From: Clostridia bacterium
Lineage (GTDB): Bacteria > Bacillota > Clostridia > Christensenellales > UBA1242
Assembly: GCA_036654655.1 (NCBI GenBank)
Contig: JAVVRP010000003.1
Coordinates: 30,284 to 94,283 of the forward strand
Length of the DNA: 64,000 nt
Direction: 5' to 3'
Numbering within the stretch: position 1 is the stretch's first letter; every line of letters starts with the position of its first letter. Both the position numbers and the translations under genes were made by a program. Positions 45,114 to 53,844 of the stretch are shown piece by piece. Below the pieces are notes generated by a model. That model saw only the letters and a list, made by a program, of their open reading frames with translations, searched no databases and was not told where the DNA came from.

Positions 45114-46148
45114 ATGATATATTTAAAAAAAATATGTTTTTTAAGCCTTTTAATTCCTTTGTTTGTTTTTAGTGGATGTTTGCAACAATCAAAAAACTCT
45201 GAAATAGATTTAACGGTGGACATGACTCCGCGTTTGCTTTCTGCACAAAATGCAGTTAATTTTGCTGATGTGGTGGAAAATGTCAGAGGTGCAGTTGTTG
45301 GAATTTCGTCACAAAGTGCAAGTGGATATAGCGTTGGAAGTGGTGTTGCCATTGCCGATGGCGGTTATATTTTAACAAATCACCATGTGGTGGCAAAAGC
45401 AACACAAGTAAAGGTGTTTTTGGCAAATAAAACAGAAGTAAACGCAACTGTTGTTTGGCTGGACAGTGCACTTGATCTTGCAGTTATTAAAGCAGAAAAT
45501 AATTTGCCTTATTTGGCATTTGGATCTAACAAAAATGTAAGAGTTGGTGATGATGTGCTTGCAATTGGAACTCCGCTAACACTTCAATTTCAGCACACAG
45601 TGACAAAAGGTATTGTTTCTGCAAAAAGCCGAACAATTCAGGTTGATGGCAAAGATGGCCCAACATATTTGCAAAATCTTATTCAGCATGATGCAAGCAT
45701 AAACCCTGGAAACAGTGGAGGCCCTTTAATTTCTGGCGATGGCAAGGTGATTGGAATAAACACCTTAAAAGCAAGTGAGGCAGAGGGTATTGGATTTGCA
45801 ATTCCAATTGAAGTGGGAAAAGCAATTGTTAACCGAGTTGCAACAAAAAAGGCCGTTAAAACCCCATACATTGGCATATTTGGCTTTGATGCAGACGTTG
45901 CAGGCTATTATGGTCAAACAGCACAGGAAACGGGTGTTTATGTGGTGCAAATTGATTCTGCTGGGCCAGCAAGTAAAGCGGGATTAAAAAATGGAGATGT
46001 AATTCAAAGTGTTAACAATACTCCAATTTTAACAATGCTTGATTTGCGAGTTGCTTTGTATTCCATAGATTTGGGTTCAAATATTGAAATAATGTATAAA
46101 AGAAATGGGAAAACTGTTAAGGTTGGCTTTAAGGCGGTTGAAAAATAA
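45114..46148 (+). CDS. S1C (HtrA/YyxA-like) serine protease with PDZ domain
   Basis: It has a signal peptide or lipobox-like FSGC. The catalytic triad context is TNHHVV, LDLAVIK and GNSGGPL. The C-terminal PDZ reads GVYVVQIDSAGPASKAGLKNGDVI. Confidence 0.88.
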   Translation: MIYLKKICFLSLLIPLFVFSGCLQQSKNSEIDLTVDMTPRLLSAQNAVNFADVVENVRGAVVGISSQSASGYSVGSGVAIADGGYILTNHHVVAKATQVKVFLANKTEVNATVVWLDSALDLAVIKAENNLPYLAFGSNKNVRVGDDVLAIGTPLTLQFQHTVTKGIVSAKSRTIQVDGKDGPTYLQNLIQHDASINPGNSGGPLISGDGKVIGINTLKASEAEGIGFAIPIEVGKAIVNRVATKKAVKTPYIGIFGFDADVAGYYGQTAQETGVYVVQIDSAGPASKAGLKNGDVIQSVNNTPILTMLDLRVALYSIDLGSNIEIMYKRNGKTVKVGFKAVEK

Positions 46149-46213
46149 TATTTTAAACATTAAAATTGTGTTTTTTTGTTGGTAAAAAATATTTTTTTGT
46201 GTATAATATTGGC

Positions 46214-49200
46214 ATGAAGAAAAAAATTTTATCGATTTTATGTTTTTCAATATTGTGCATAAGCGCAATTTGTGGTGGCGTTGCAAATTTTAATGTTAAA
46301 CAAAACGATTTAGCAAAAGATAAGTTGCAAATTGATAATTCAGTTTACGCATCTGTTCATAATTTTAAAGGAACCGATTATAATATGGAGGTTTGCAATT
46401 CGCAATATGATAACCTGCAAAATTTTACACCTGCAAGCCAAGTTAATAATTTACCATTACCACAAAATGCTGGGGAGCAAACTGTAAATTTAAAATCAAA
46501 TCTTGCATTTTTTAAATTTGAAGATGATAAAACGGACTTGCAAGGTTTTTTGCCAAACGCAACATATAAAAACAACCTAATATCAGATTGGGAAGCCACA
46601 GTTGAAGATTGGATGAACAAAGACGCAACCGATGGCGCAAACGAACTTAGCATGCAAGATTATTATTCAACTCTTTCAAATGGAAAAATGCAAATTAGTG
46701 CACAGGTTGCGTCTGCTCCCAATCAGTTGTTTTTAACGTTGCCAATTTCAAAAACATATTTTTTGCCTTATATGTGCGGAAAATATTCCGAACCTTTATA
46801 TGACACTGAAACATATTCTGTAAATCCAAATGGATATTTTGAATATGAATGGGTAATATCAAATAACCCCATTGAAAATTTTTTAAACCCAAATTATTAT
46901 AATTCCACACACAAATGCCATGTATATGATTGTACAAAGAAAAATGTTCATGATGAAAATCCAAATGATGGAATTTGTTGTTCTTGTTATGCAAACAGCC
47001 ACAGGGCTTCAAACGAGTATATAGTTGAAGGATTTCAAAGATATTTTAAAGAATTTTGGCTTATTTCAATTATTTCAACTGGAATGCAACAGTATTTTGA
47101 TGTAAACGGAGTAGATGCAAACGCAGATGGTTACTTGGATGCAATGAGTTTTTATTACAGCCCCGGAGACATTAAGGTAAAAAGTAATTTAAAAAACAAA
47201 TACCATATAGATTGGTCTGATTTATTATGGCCACACAACTTGCCAGCGCAGGGTTACGTTAACTATTTTAATACTATAAGCAATCAAGGTTGGAGAATAA
47301 TATTAAAGCAAAGAGCAATAAACGATGCGATAATTGGATCAATTGCAGACGGGTTAGGAATTTTGGGCAATGGAGTTGGACAAACTGGTAAAAAAATAGG
47401 CACATATAATTTAATGAAGTTTATGATTGGAACAAATGCAAACAATCAAAATGTTATAGGACATATTGGCACGGCATGCCACGAAATGGGGCACTTGATT
47501 GGATTTCCAGATTATTATTTATATAGAAAAAGTCAGTTAGCACCATCTTGGCAGGACGACCCTCTTGGAAAATGGAGTTTAATGTGCTCTAATCGAAATG
47601 ATTATCCACAATTTATGCTGGGTTATGACAGAAAAAAAATTGGCTGGCTTAATGAAACAAACATTCCAAAAATTAATAACAGCGGAAATTATACGCTAGC
47701 ACCCGTTTCTGGAAATGACTCTTCCAAAATAGCCGGATATTATCTTAACAATTCAACAGGAGCCCACCCTAATCAATCTTTTTATTTGGAATATCGGTCT
47801 GTTGCAGGAAATAATTATGATGCGTCATCTGATGCTCAGGGCAGAGGTGGCGGAGTACCCGGAAGCGGGTTAATTGTTTATTTGGTGGACGAAGGCTTTA
47901 CTGGTGCGGGAGGATTTGTTGGCTCAGTAAGCACAGGAAATTATTTAGCGCCACCTTACAATGCATATGTAATGCGTAAACCAAGTGCAGATGTAAATAC
48001 TTCAATGCTTGATGTGGGTGACACATTAGGCGGTGGCAACAATGAAATTTTTTATCAAAGATATACAAGTGGTGAGCAAGGCAAAATAACAAGTTGTACA
48101 TTTGAAAATGCCGGTATAGTTATTTCTGTTACAGCAAAAACAAATTCCGAAATAACTTTTAATGTTAAATGGAATGGTGTTTTGGAAGATGCTCCGCCAC
48201 CTGTGGAAATATCACCAGAAGTTACTCTTGCCGAACTTGGAAATAATCAGCAACTTTACAATACTTTAATTGCACATTTGGCAACTGGAACCACAATATT
48301 AAGAAAAAACTCACTAGAAAGTATTGTTTCTTTAAAATTGCCAAACATAAATTTAACAGACTTGGGGTTTTTAAACAAATTTACTTTAACTGCCCTAAAA
48401 TCAATTGACGTTTCGGGCAATAATTTAGGAACAGGGGATTTTTCTGTCACAAATTCTGCATTAACAGCAATTTCTGGTTTGGAGTTTGTTTTACTTATAA
48501 ACAACAAAATATCCCCACAAATTATGAATGGATACATTGGAAACACAAAATATATTTTTGGATGGCAAAATACGCAAACTTTTGTTAATCAATATATTAT
48601 TAAAGCAACTCCGGACATTTCATTTAATTGTTTTTTTGATGAAGCCATGCCATATGCCATATCGCAAATTAAAATTACGTTTTTGCATAACGGCATTGCA
48701 CAAAACTTTGGAACGCTAACGTCTAAAACAATTTCTAGCCATGGAAATTGGACATTGTCTTTTGCTGGGATAGCGGGCGGATATTTTGCAGATTTTGCAA
48801 CGAATTGTATAAATCTTTTTGTATTTAACATTAATTTAAGCACAAATGTGCAAGGACTGCTGTTTGAAAATGGTAAAATTGTTTATGAAAGGTCTTTTGG
48901 GAGTTCGTCCACAGTTATTCTTAAAAATCTTGTTTCAGTAATTGGGCTTACAAGCACAGACTCGCAAAACATTTTAAAAAAAATTACATGCGAACTTTCA
49001 GATTTAAGTGGGCAAATTGAATTAAATCTTTCTGAAATAATTTCAAGCAGTTTTGATTTTAATGTTAAAATTGACGGGCTTTCAAAAATGACATTAACGC
49101 AAGCATATGTTGTTAAGGACACAAAAAATCCAGTAGTTAATTTTGTTAATCAAAACATAACAGTTGAAAGAGGCTCAGATTTTGTTGTTAACAGTTTAAA

Positions 49201-50974
49201 TTTAGGATTGTCTTTTATGGACAATGAACAAAGTGTGCAATATTCTTATTCCAATCAGGCATATCTATCCACAGGCACGTTTTCAATTAATGTGTACTAT
49301 GCAAAAAAGAACACAGATACACAAATGTATGAGGCAGATTACAATCAAGGTGTTCAAATTTTTTCTACTGCAAATTTGGCAGAATATGCAGTGGAAGTGA
49401 AAGCAATGGACCATTCCAGCAATCAAGGAGTTGGTGTGGCATTTTTGTTTGTTATTTCCAAATCAAATATAGAAACAATAATAAATAATCAGGTACTTGT
49501 TAATGCATTGCACACCGCCTTAAATGTGCCTGTTATTGGAGAAACATCTGCAAATGGGATAAAATATGTTGACTTGTCAAAAAGCGCGATAACATCAATT
49601 TCAGGGCTTTCTCACATTGTTTTTGATGCGGGCACGGTTATAAATCTTTCTAATAACAATTTATCAGAAAGCAAAGAATTAACAGATTTTTTAAATTCAA
49701 ATGGCGGAAACAAAGTTTCGCTTATTTATGCTTTTTACAACAAGTTAAACATAGGGTCACAAACAATAAGTAAAGTTTGCACTGGTTTTCAAAATTTGGA
49801 TAATAATATTATATTTTTTGAAGGCAATGAAAATAATATACAAGGCAATTCAGATTTTTCAAATTACTTTGAATTAAAGTTTTTTCATGAAGCAACAACA
49901 TCCAATAATGCGGGGCTAGTTTATGGAAAATATGGAATATACAACTTAAATTATGTTGCAAAACCTGCGCTTCAAATTTTAACTGGCGGTTCTGTGGTTG
50001 CACAAACAATTTGCGCAACACAAAATGTAAGATATGTTTTGGCAGAACTTAACGAGCCTAACATAAATTCAGAAGTTTTTGAAAAAAATCTTCCGTTAAC
50101 AACAATAAAGTACACGGGTGTAACCAACCCTACGTATACATTTGTTAGAAATCCATATAACCTTAACAAATTGGGTGAAGTTAATGTGGAATACAATGTT
50201 AAAGATGGCAATAAAGTGCTTTTAACTCTTTATCAAAAAGTTATAGTTTCCGATTCAATAGCGCCATCTGTTTTAATAACGGGGCAAAATAATATTGTTT
50301 TGTATAAAGGAGAACTTTACACAGAAGATGGTGTTTCAACCGCAGATAATTTTGAAACACAAAACAATTCCATCAGTTTTAGCACTGGCAGTGGAACATA
50401 CAATAATGGCGGGTTAAAAGTTGTTAAAAATATTTTGTTTAACAACAAAACACAAGTTGAAGAAATTACATCTCAGTCCTTAACAGGTGAATATAAAATA
50501 ACTTACACATCAACCGATTCCAGCGGGAACACAACTTTTGTTGAAAGAAGAATAAGCATAATTGCGATGCCAGCAACTGTGGTTAAAATAACAATAAGCA
50601 AGCCAATAAGTGAGTTTAAGGAAGGTGAAGTTATAATTTTTACTGCTGTTCCAAACAACAATAACAGTAATTTAGAGTATTCTTGGTTTGTGGATGGAAT
50701 TGCACAAATTGGCGAAAGAAATGCAACATTTATGTTGGATTATCATCCAGAGAAAAAACAAGAAGTAAAAGTTCAGGTTGTTTCAAGTGGAAAACCACAA
50801 ATGATTGGCGGTCCGCCAACAAGAATTATGTGCGAAAATATATTTAAAGTGCAAACAGATGCTAACTTAAATATAACAAATTATATATTATATGGAGTTG
50901 GTGGAACTATTGGGCTTATGTTTATTATTTTAATTATTTATTCCATTGTAAAAAGAAAAAAAAGATTTTTTTAA
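46214..50974 (+). CDS. Large tail-anchored surface protein: M6 (InhA-like) metalloprotease domain + LRR + Ig-like (DUF5011/PKD-like) modules
   Basis: I prefer ATG 46214, which gives the signal peptide MKKKILSILCFSILCISAICGG. The zinc site reads GTACHEMGHLIGFPDYY. LRR-like segments include LKLPNINLTDLGFLNKFTLTALKSIDVSGNNLG and INLSNNNLSE. An Ig-like segment reads DSIAPSVLITGQNNIVLYKGELYTEDGVSTAD. The C-terminus is a TM followed by KRKKRFF. Confidence 0.8.
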   Translation: MKKKILSILCFSILCISAICGGVANFNVKQNDLAKDKLQIDNSVYASVHNFKGTDYNMEVCNSQYDNLQNFTPASQVNNLPLPQNAGEQTVNLKSNLAFFKFEDDKTDLQGFLPNATYKNNLISDWEATVEDWMNKDATDGANELSMQDYYSTLSNGKMQISAQVASAPNQLFLTLPISKTYFLPYMCGKYSEPLYDTETYSVNPNGYFEYEWVISNNPIENFLNPNYYNSTHKCHVYDCTKKNVHDENPNDGICCSCYANSHRASNEYIVEGFQRYFKEFWLISIISTGMQQYFDVNGVDANADGYLDAMSFYYSPGDIKVKSNLKNKYHIDWSDLLWPHNLPAQGYVNYFNTISNQGWRIILKQRAINDAIIGSIADGLGILGNGVGQTGKKIGTYNLMKFMIGTNANNQNVIGHIGTACHEMGHLIGFPDYYLYRKSQLAPSWQDDPLGKWSLMCSNRNDYPQFMLGYDRKKIGWLNETNIPKINNSGNYTLAPVSGNDSSKIAGYYLNNSTGAHPNQSFYLEYRSVAGNNYDASSDAQGRGGGVPGSGLIVYLVDEGFTGAGGFVGSVSTGNYLAPPYNAYVMRKPSADVNTSMLDVGDTLGGGNNEIFYQRYTSGEQGKITSCTFENAGIVISVTAKTNSEITFNVKWNGVLEDAPPPVEISPEVTLAELGNNQQLYNTLIAHLATGTTILRKNSLESIVSLKLPNINLTDLGFLNKFTLTALKSIDVSGNNLGTGDFSVTNSALTAISGLEFVLLINNKISPQIMNGYIGNTKYIFGWQNTQTFVNQYIIKATPDISFNCFFDEAMPYAISQIKITFLHNGIAQNFGTLTSKTISSHGNWTLSFAGIAGGYFADFATNCINLFVFNINLSTNVQGLLFENGKIVYERSFGSSSTVILKNLVSVIGLTSTDSQNILKKITCELSDLSGQIELNLSEIISSSFDFNVKIDGLSKMTLTQAYVVKDTKNPVVNFVNQNITVERGSDFVVNSLNLGLSFMDNEQSVQYSYSNQAYLSTGTFSINVYYAKKNTDTQMYEADYNQGVQIFSTANLAEYAVEVKAMDHSSNQGVGVAFLFVISKSNIETIINNQVLVNALHTALNVPVIGETSANGIKYVDLSKSAITSISGLSHIVFDAGTVINLSNNNLSESKELTDFLNSNGGNKVSLIYAFYNKLNIGSQTISKVCTGFQNLDNNIIFFEGNENNIQGNSDFSNYFELKFFHEATTSNNAGLVYGKYGIYNLNYVAKPALQILTGGSVVAQTICATQNVRYVLAELNEPNINSEVFEKNLPLTTIKYTGVTNPTYTFVRNPYNLNKLGEVNVEYNVKDGNKVLLTLYQKVIVSDSIAPSVLITGQNNIVLYKGELYTEDGVSTADNFETQNNSISFSTGSGTYNNGGLKVVKNILFNNKTQVEEITSQSLTGEYKITYTSTDSSGNTTFVERRISIIAMPATVVKITISKPISEFKEGEVIIFTAVPNNNNSNLEYSWFVDGIAQIGERNATFMLDYHPEKKQEVKVQVVSSGKPQMIGGPPTRIMCENIFKVQTDANLNITNYILYGVGGTIGLMFIILIIYSIVKRKKRFF

Positions 50975-51010
50975 CTTCACCATAAAATCAAAACTTTCAT
51001 ATTATTTTTT

Positions 51011-51997
51011 ATGAATAATGATAACATTTGTCTTTTAAGTTTAATATGCTCGTGTGTTGAACCCAAAGCCGAACTTGTTAATTTGTGCACCATAAAAGTA
51101 AAGTCAAGCGCATGTGTTTGCACGCCAAAGTGTATTAGTGAAATTGCTGGAATAGTTAGCATTTGCAAAGAACTTAAACTGCCAATTTTTGTTTTAGGGA
51201 ACGGAAGTAAAGTAGTTTTTACAGAAAAATTTTGTGGCGTTGTTATTTCTACTTCCAAATTTGATAATATTAAAATAGCAGATAAAATCTCAGAAGACAC
51301 AGTTAAAATTTTTTGTGGGGCAGGAGTTAAACTAAGCAAAATTAATGAATTGTGTGCAAAAAACAATTTAAGTGGGCTTGAATGGAGTTTTGGAATTCCC
51401 GCAACAATAGGTGGGGCAACATATATGAATGCGGGTGCTTTTGGTGGCGAATTTGCAAACGTTGTTCAATCTGTAATTGTTTATGAGAATGGAAGAATAA
51501 AAAAATACAAAAAAGACGAACTTAATTTTTCTTATAGATATTCTTCATTTCAAAAAAGTACAGGAATAATATTGGAAGTGGAATTGCTTTTGCACAAAGG
51601 ACAAAATATTTTTAAGCAACAACTTAATTTTTTAAATCAACGGAAAAATACTCAGCCATTAAACGTGCCAAGTTGCGGAAGTGTGTTTAAAAAGCAACAA
51701 GATTTTATTCCTGCAAAATGTATTGACAAACTAGGGCTAAAAAGTGTTAAAATTGGTGGAGCGGAGATAAGCGCAAAACACGCAGGATTTATTGTTAATT
51801 CTGCCAACGCAAAAGGCAGTGATGTTCTTGAACTTGCAAGATTTGCACGCAAAAAAATTTTTGAGGCAACAGGCAATATTGTTGACACCGAAATAGTTTT
51901 TGTGGGCAAAAATGGCAAAATGCGTGATAAGCAAGTTTTTCCGGCGGGAGATTATAATGATAATTTTAGGGGACTATCACACCCACACAAAATTTAG
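51011..51997 (+). CDS. murB: UDP-N-acetylenolpyruvoylglucosamine reductase
   Basis: Motifs FVLGNGSKVVF, GGATYMNAGAFGGEF, PSCGSVFK and GGAEISAKHAGFIVN are present. A tail of about 25 aa overlaps the next gene. Confidence 0.9.
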   Translation: MNNDNICLLSLICSCVEPKAELVNLCTIKVKSSACVCTPKCISEIAGIVSICKELKLPIFVLGNGSKVVFTEKFCGVVISTSKFDNIKIADKISEDTVKIFCGAGVKLSKINELCAKNNLSGLEWSFGIPATIGGATYMNAGAFGGEFANVVQSVIVYENGRIKKYKKDELNFSYRYSSFQKSTGIILEVELLLHKGQNIFKQQLNFLNQRKNTQPLNVPSCGSVFKKQQDFIPAKCIDKLGLKSVKIGGAEISAKHAGFIVNSANAKGSDVLELARFARKKIFEATGNIVDTEIVFVGKNGKMRDKQVFPAGDYNDNFRGLSHPHKI

Positions 51998-52709
51998 CCA
52001 CGGAAAGGGTACAATTTTGGAAAACGCTCTTTTTGCCAGAAGTAAAGGAATAAAAGAGATTGCAATAACTGACCACGGATTCAATCACATAACATATGGC
52101 GTAAATCGAAAAAACATTGAGCAAATAAAAAAGGAAATTGAAAATGCAAAACAAATTTCAGGAGTTAATGTTTTGTTTGGAGTTGAGGCAAATTTTACTT
52201 CACTTGACGGAACTGTTGATTTAACACCTTTTGATTTGGAAATGCTAGATATTGTTTTGGTTGGACACCACAGATTTGTTAAGCCAGTTGCTACAAACGA
52301 TTGGTTTAACTTGTTTTTGCCTAACATGTTTTCAAATTTTTATAAGCCAAGTTTAAGCAGAATAGAAAAAAACACAAACGTGGTGTTAAAGGCTCTTGAA
52401 AAGTATCCAATTGACGTGCTAACACATCCAGGGTACAAATTTCCTGTAAACATGAAATCAATTGCCAAAATGGCAATGCAAAAAGGCACCTACATTGAAA
52501 TTAACGGTAGAAAAAATGTTATATCAGATGAAGATATTTTGTGGATGGCGGAAGAAGGCGTTAAATTTATTTTAAATTCGGATGCCCACATTCCAACCGC
52601 GGTTGGTGACGTTGGAAAAAGCATAAGCATTGTTACACGTTTGGCAATTCCACATGAGCAAATTGTTAATTTGGACAAACTTCCAGAATTTAAAAAAATA
52701 AAACGTTAA
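51957..52709 (+). CDS. PHP-domain phosphoesterase (histidinol-phosphatase-like)
   Basis: I prefer ATG 51957, which gives MIILGDYHTHTKFSHG...IAITDHG, the typical PHP N-terminus. Later LTHPG and NSDAH motifs are present. Confidence 0.75.
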   Translation: MIILGDYHTHTKFSHGKGTILENALFARSKGIKEIAITDHGFNHITYGVNRKNIEQIKKEIENAKQISGVNVLFGVEANFTSLDGTVDLTPFDLEMLDIVLVGHHRFVKPVATNDWFNLFLPNMFSNFYKPSLSRIEKNTNVVLKALEKYPIDVLTHPGYKFPVNMKSIAKMAMQKGTYIEINGRKNVISDEDILWMAEEGVKFILNSDAHIPTAVGDVGKSISIVTRLAIPHEQIVNLDKLPEFKKIKR

Positions 52710-52722
52710 AAATGGGGTTAAA

Positions 52723-53706
52723 GTGAGTTTTTCAAAACAAACAAAAGAAGAAGTTTTAAATCAGCCACTAGATGCAGATTGTTGTGGGGTTGCTTTTTTA
52801 AGTGGATTTTTGTTTTCTGCCGGAAGGCTAGAAATATCCAAAAATAATTCTGTAAATTTTTTTGTTGTAACAGATACAAATTCTGTTTTTGAACCACTTT
52901 CAAAAATTATTCAAAATTTGTATGGGTCATACATTCTTTTGGACATAGGCAAGGACGATAATATTAATCAAGCAACTTCTTATATAATTACTTTTCCAAA
53001 ACAGTTGTTATCAACAATGCTTACAGACACGTTTATTATGGGGCTTGAAAATGGCAAATGGAAAGCATGCCCAATGCCAAACATTCAAGTTGTTTCTAAT
53101 GAATGTTGTGAACGCGCATTTATTAGAGGTGCTTTTTTGGGCTGTGGAACAAGCAGTATAAAAATAAGTACGTCACCAAACAAAAAAACAAACAGCGGAT
53201 ATAGAATAGACTTTTTTTCAAAAAATCAAATGTTTCTTATATTTCTGCAAAAAATTTTGGAAAACTATCAAATAAAAAGTAAAATACAACAAAGAAAAAA
53301 AGATTTTGTTGAATACATAACCCAAAGTCAAAGCATTGCCGACTTGTTAGCGTTAATGGGAGCAAATAATTCCATGTTAGAACTTTCTTCCGAAATGGCG
53401 TCCAGACAGATGCGAAACAAGGTTAACAGGCTTACAAACTGTATTGAAGCAAACATATCTAAAACAGTTACAGCAAGCATGAGGCAAATTGATGCCATAA
53501 ACGTAATAATAGAAAACATAGGGCTAGACGATTTGGATTTTAATTTACAACAAATTGCACTTATTAGATTGGCAAATCCAGAAGAAAGTTTAAGTGAACT
53601 TATTAAGTTTGGTAATTTGAATTTAACTCGGCCAACACTTGCAAGGCGTTTTAAAAAAATAGAACGTATTGCAAGCAAAATTTTGTCCAAAAAACATTTT
53701 AATTAA
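52723..53706 (+). CDS. whiA: DNA-binding protein WhiA
   Basis: The N-terminus reads MSFSKQTKEEV...DADCC. A LAGLIDADG-like middle region and a C-terminal HTH (SLSELIKFGNLNLTRPTLARRFKKIERIA) follow. The start codon is GTG. Confidence 0.9.
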   Translation: MSFSKQTKEEVLNQPLDADCCGVAFLSGFLFSAGRLEISKNNSVNFFVVTDTNSVFEPLSKIIQNLYGSYILLDIGKDDNINQATSYIITFPKQLLSTMLTDTFIMGLENGKWKACPMPNIQVVSNECCERAFIRGAFLGCGTSSIKISTSPNKKTNSGYRIDFFSKNQMFLIFLQKILENYQIKSKIQQRKKDFVEYITQSQSIADLLALMGANNSMLELSSEMASRQMRNKVNRLTNCIEANISKTVTASMRQIDAINVIIENIGLDDLDFNLQQIALIRLANPEESLSELIKFGNLNLTRPTLARRFKKIERIASKILSKKHFN

Positions 53707-53844
53707 GCAAAATTAAAAATTTTTTAATTGTAAAAAATTTTATTTATTATTTAAAGTTTTAAATCAAGGGCTTCGTGCTTGCAAAATTGAAGTAAAAATG
53801 TTAAACTTTAAACATAATATTTAACAAAAGTAAAAAGGATAAAA

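Noticed and set aside
46166-46213. Longer N-terminal extensions offered by the ORF track for several genes (46166, 7171, 6044, 16704, 35659, 41820, 51900, 58493).
   Set aside because: In each case an internal ATG a few codons downstream is preceded by an SD or a -10 box and yields a sensible signal peptide or family N-terminus. The extensions start at TTG/GTG and overlap upstream genes or promoters.
53707-53844. AT-only palindrome AATTAAAAATTTTTTAATT and a small hairpin CAAG-GGCTTCGTG-CTTG between whiA and dnaE, considered as a possible regulatory RNA.
   Set aside because: The stems are pure A-T or very short. This most likely reflects a weak terminator or promoter spacer in AT-rich DNA, with nothing to distinguish it from background.
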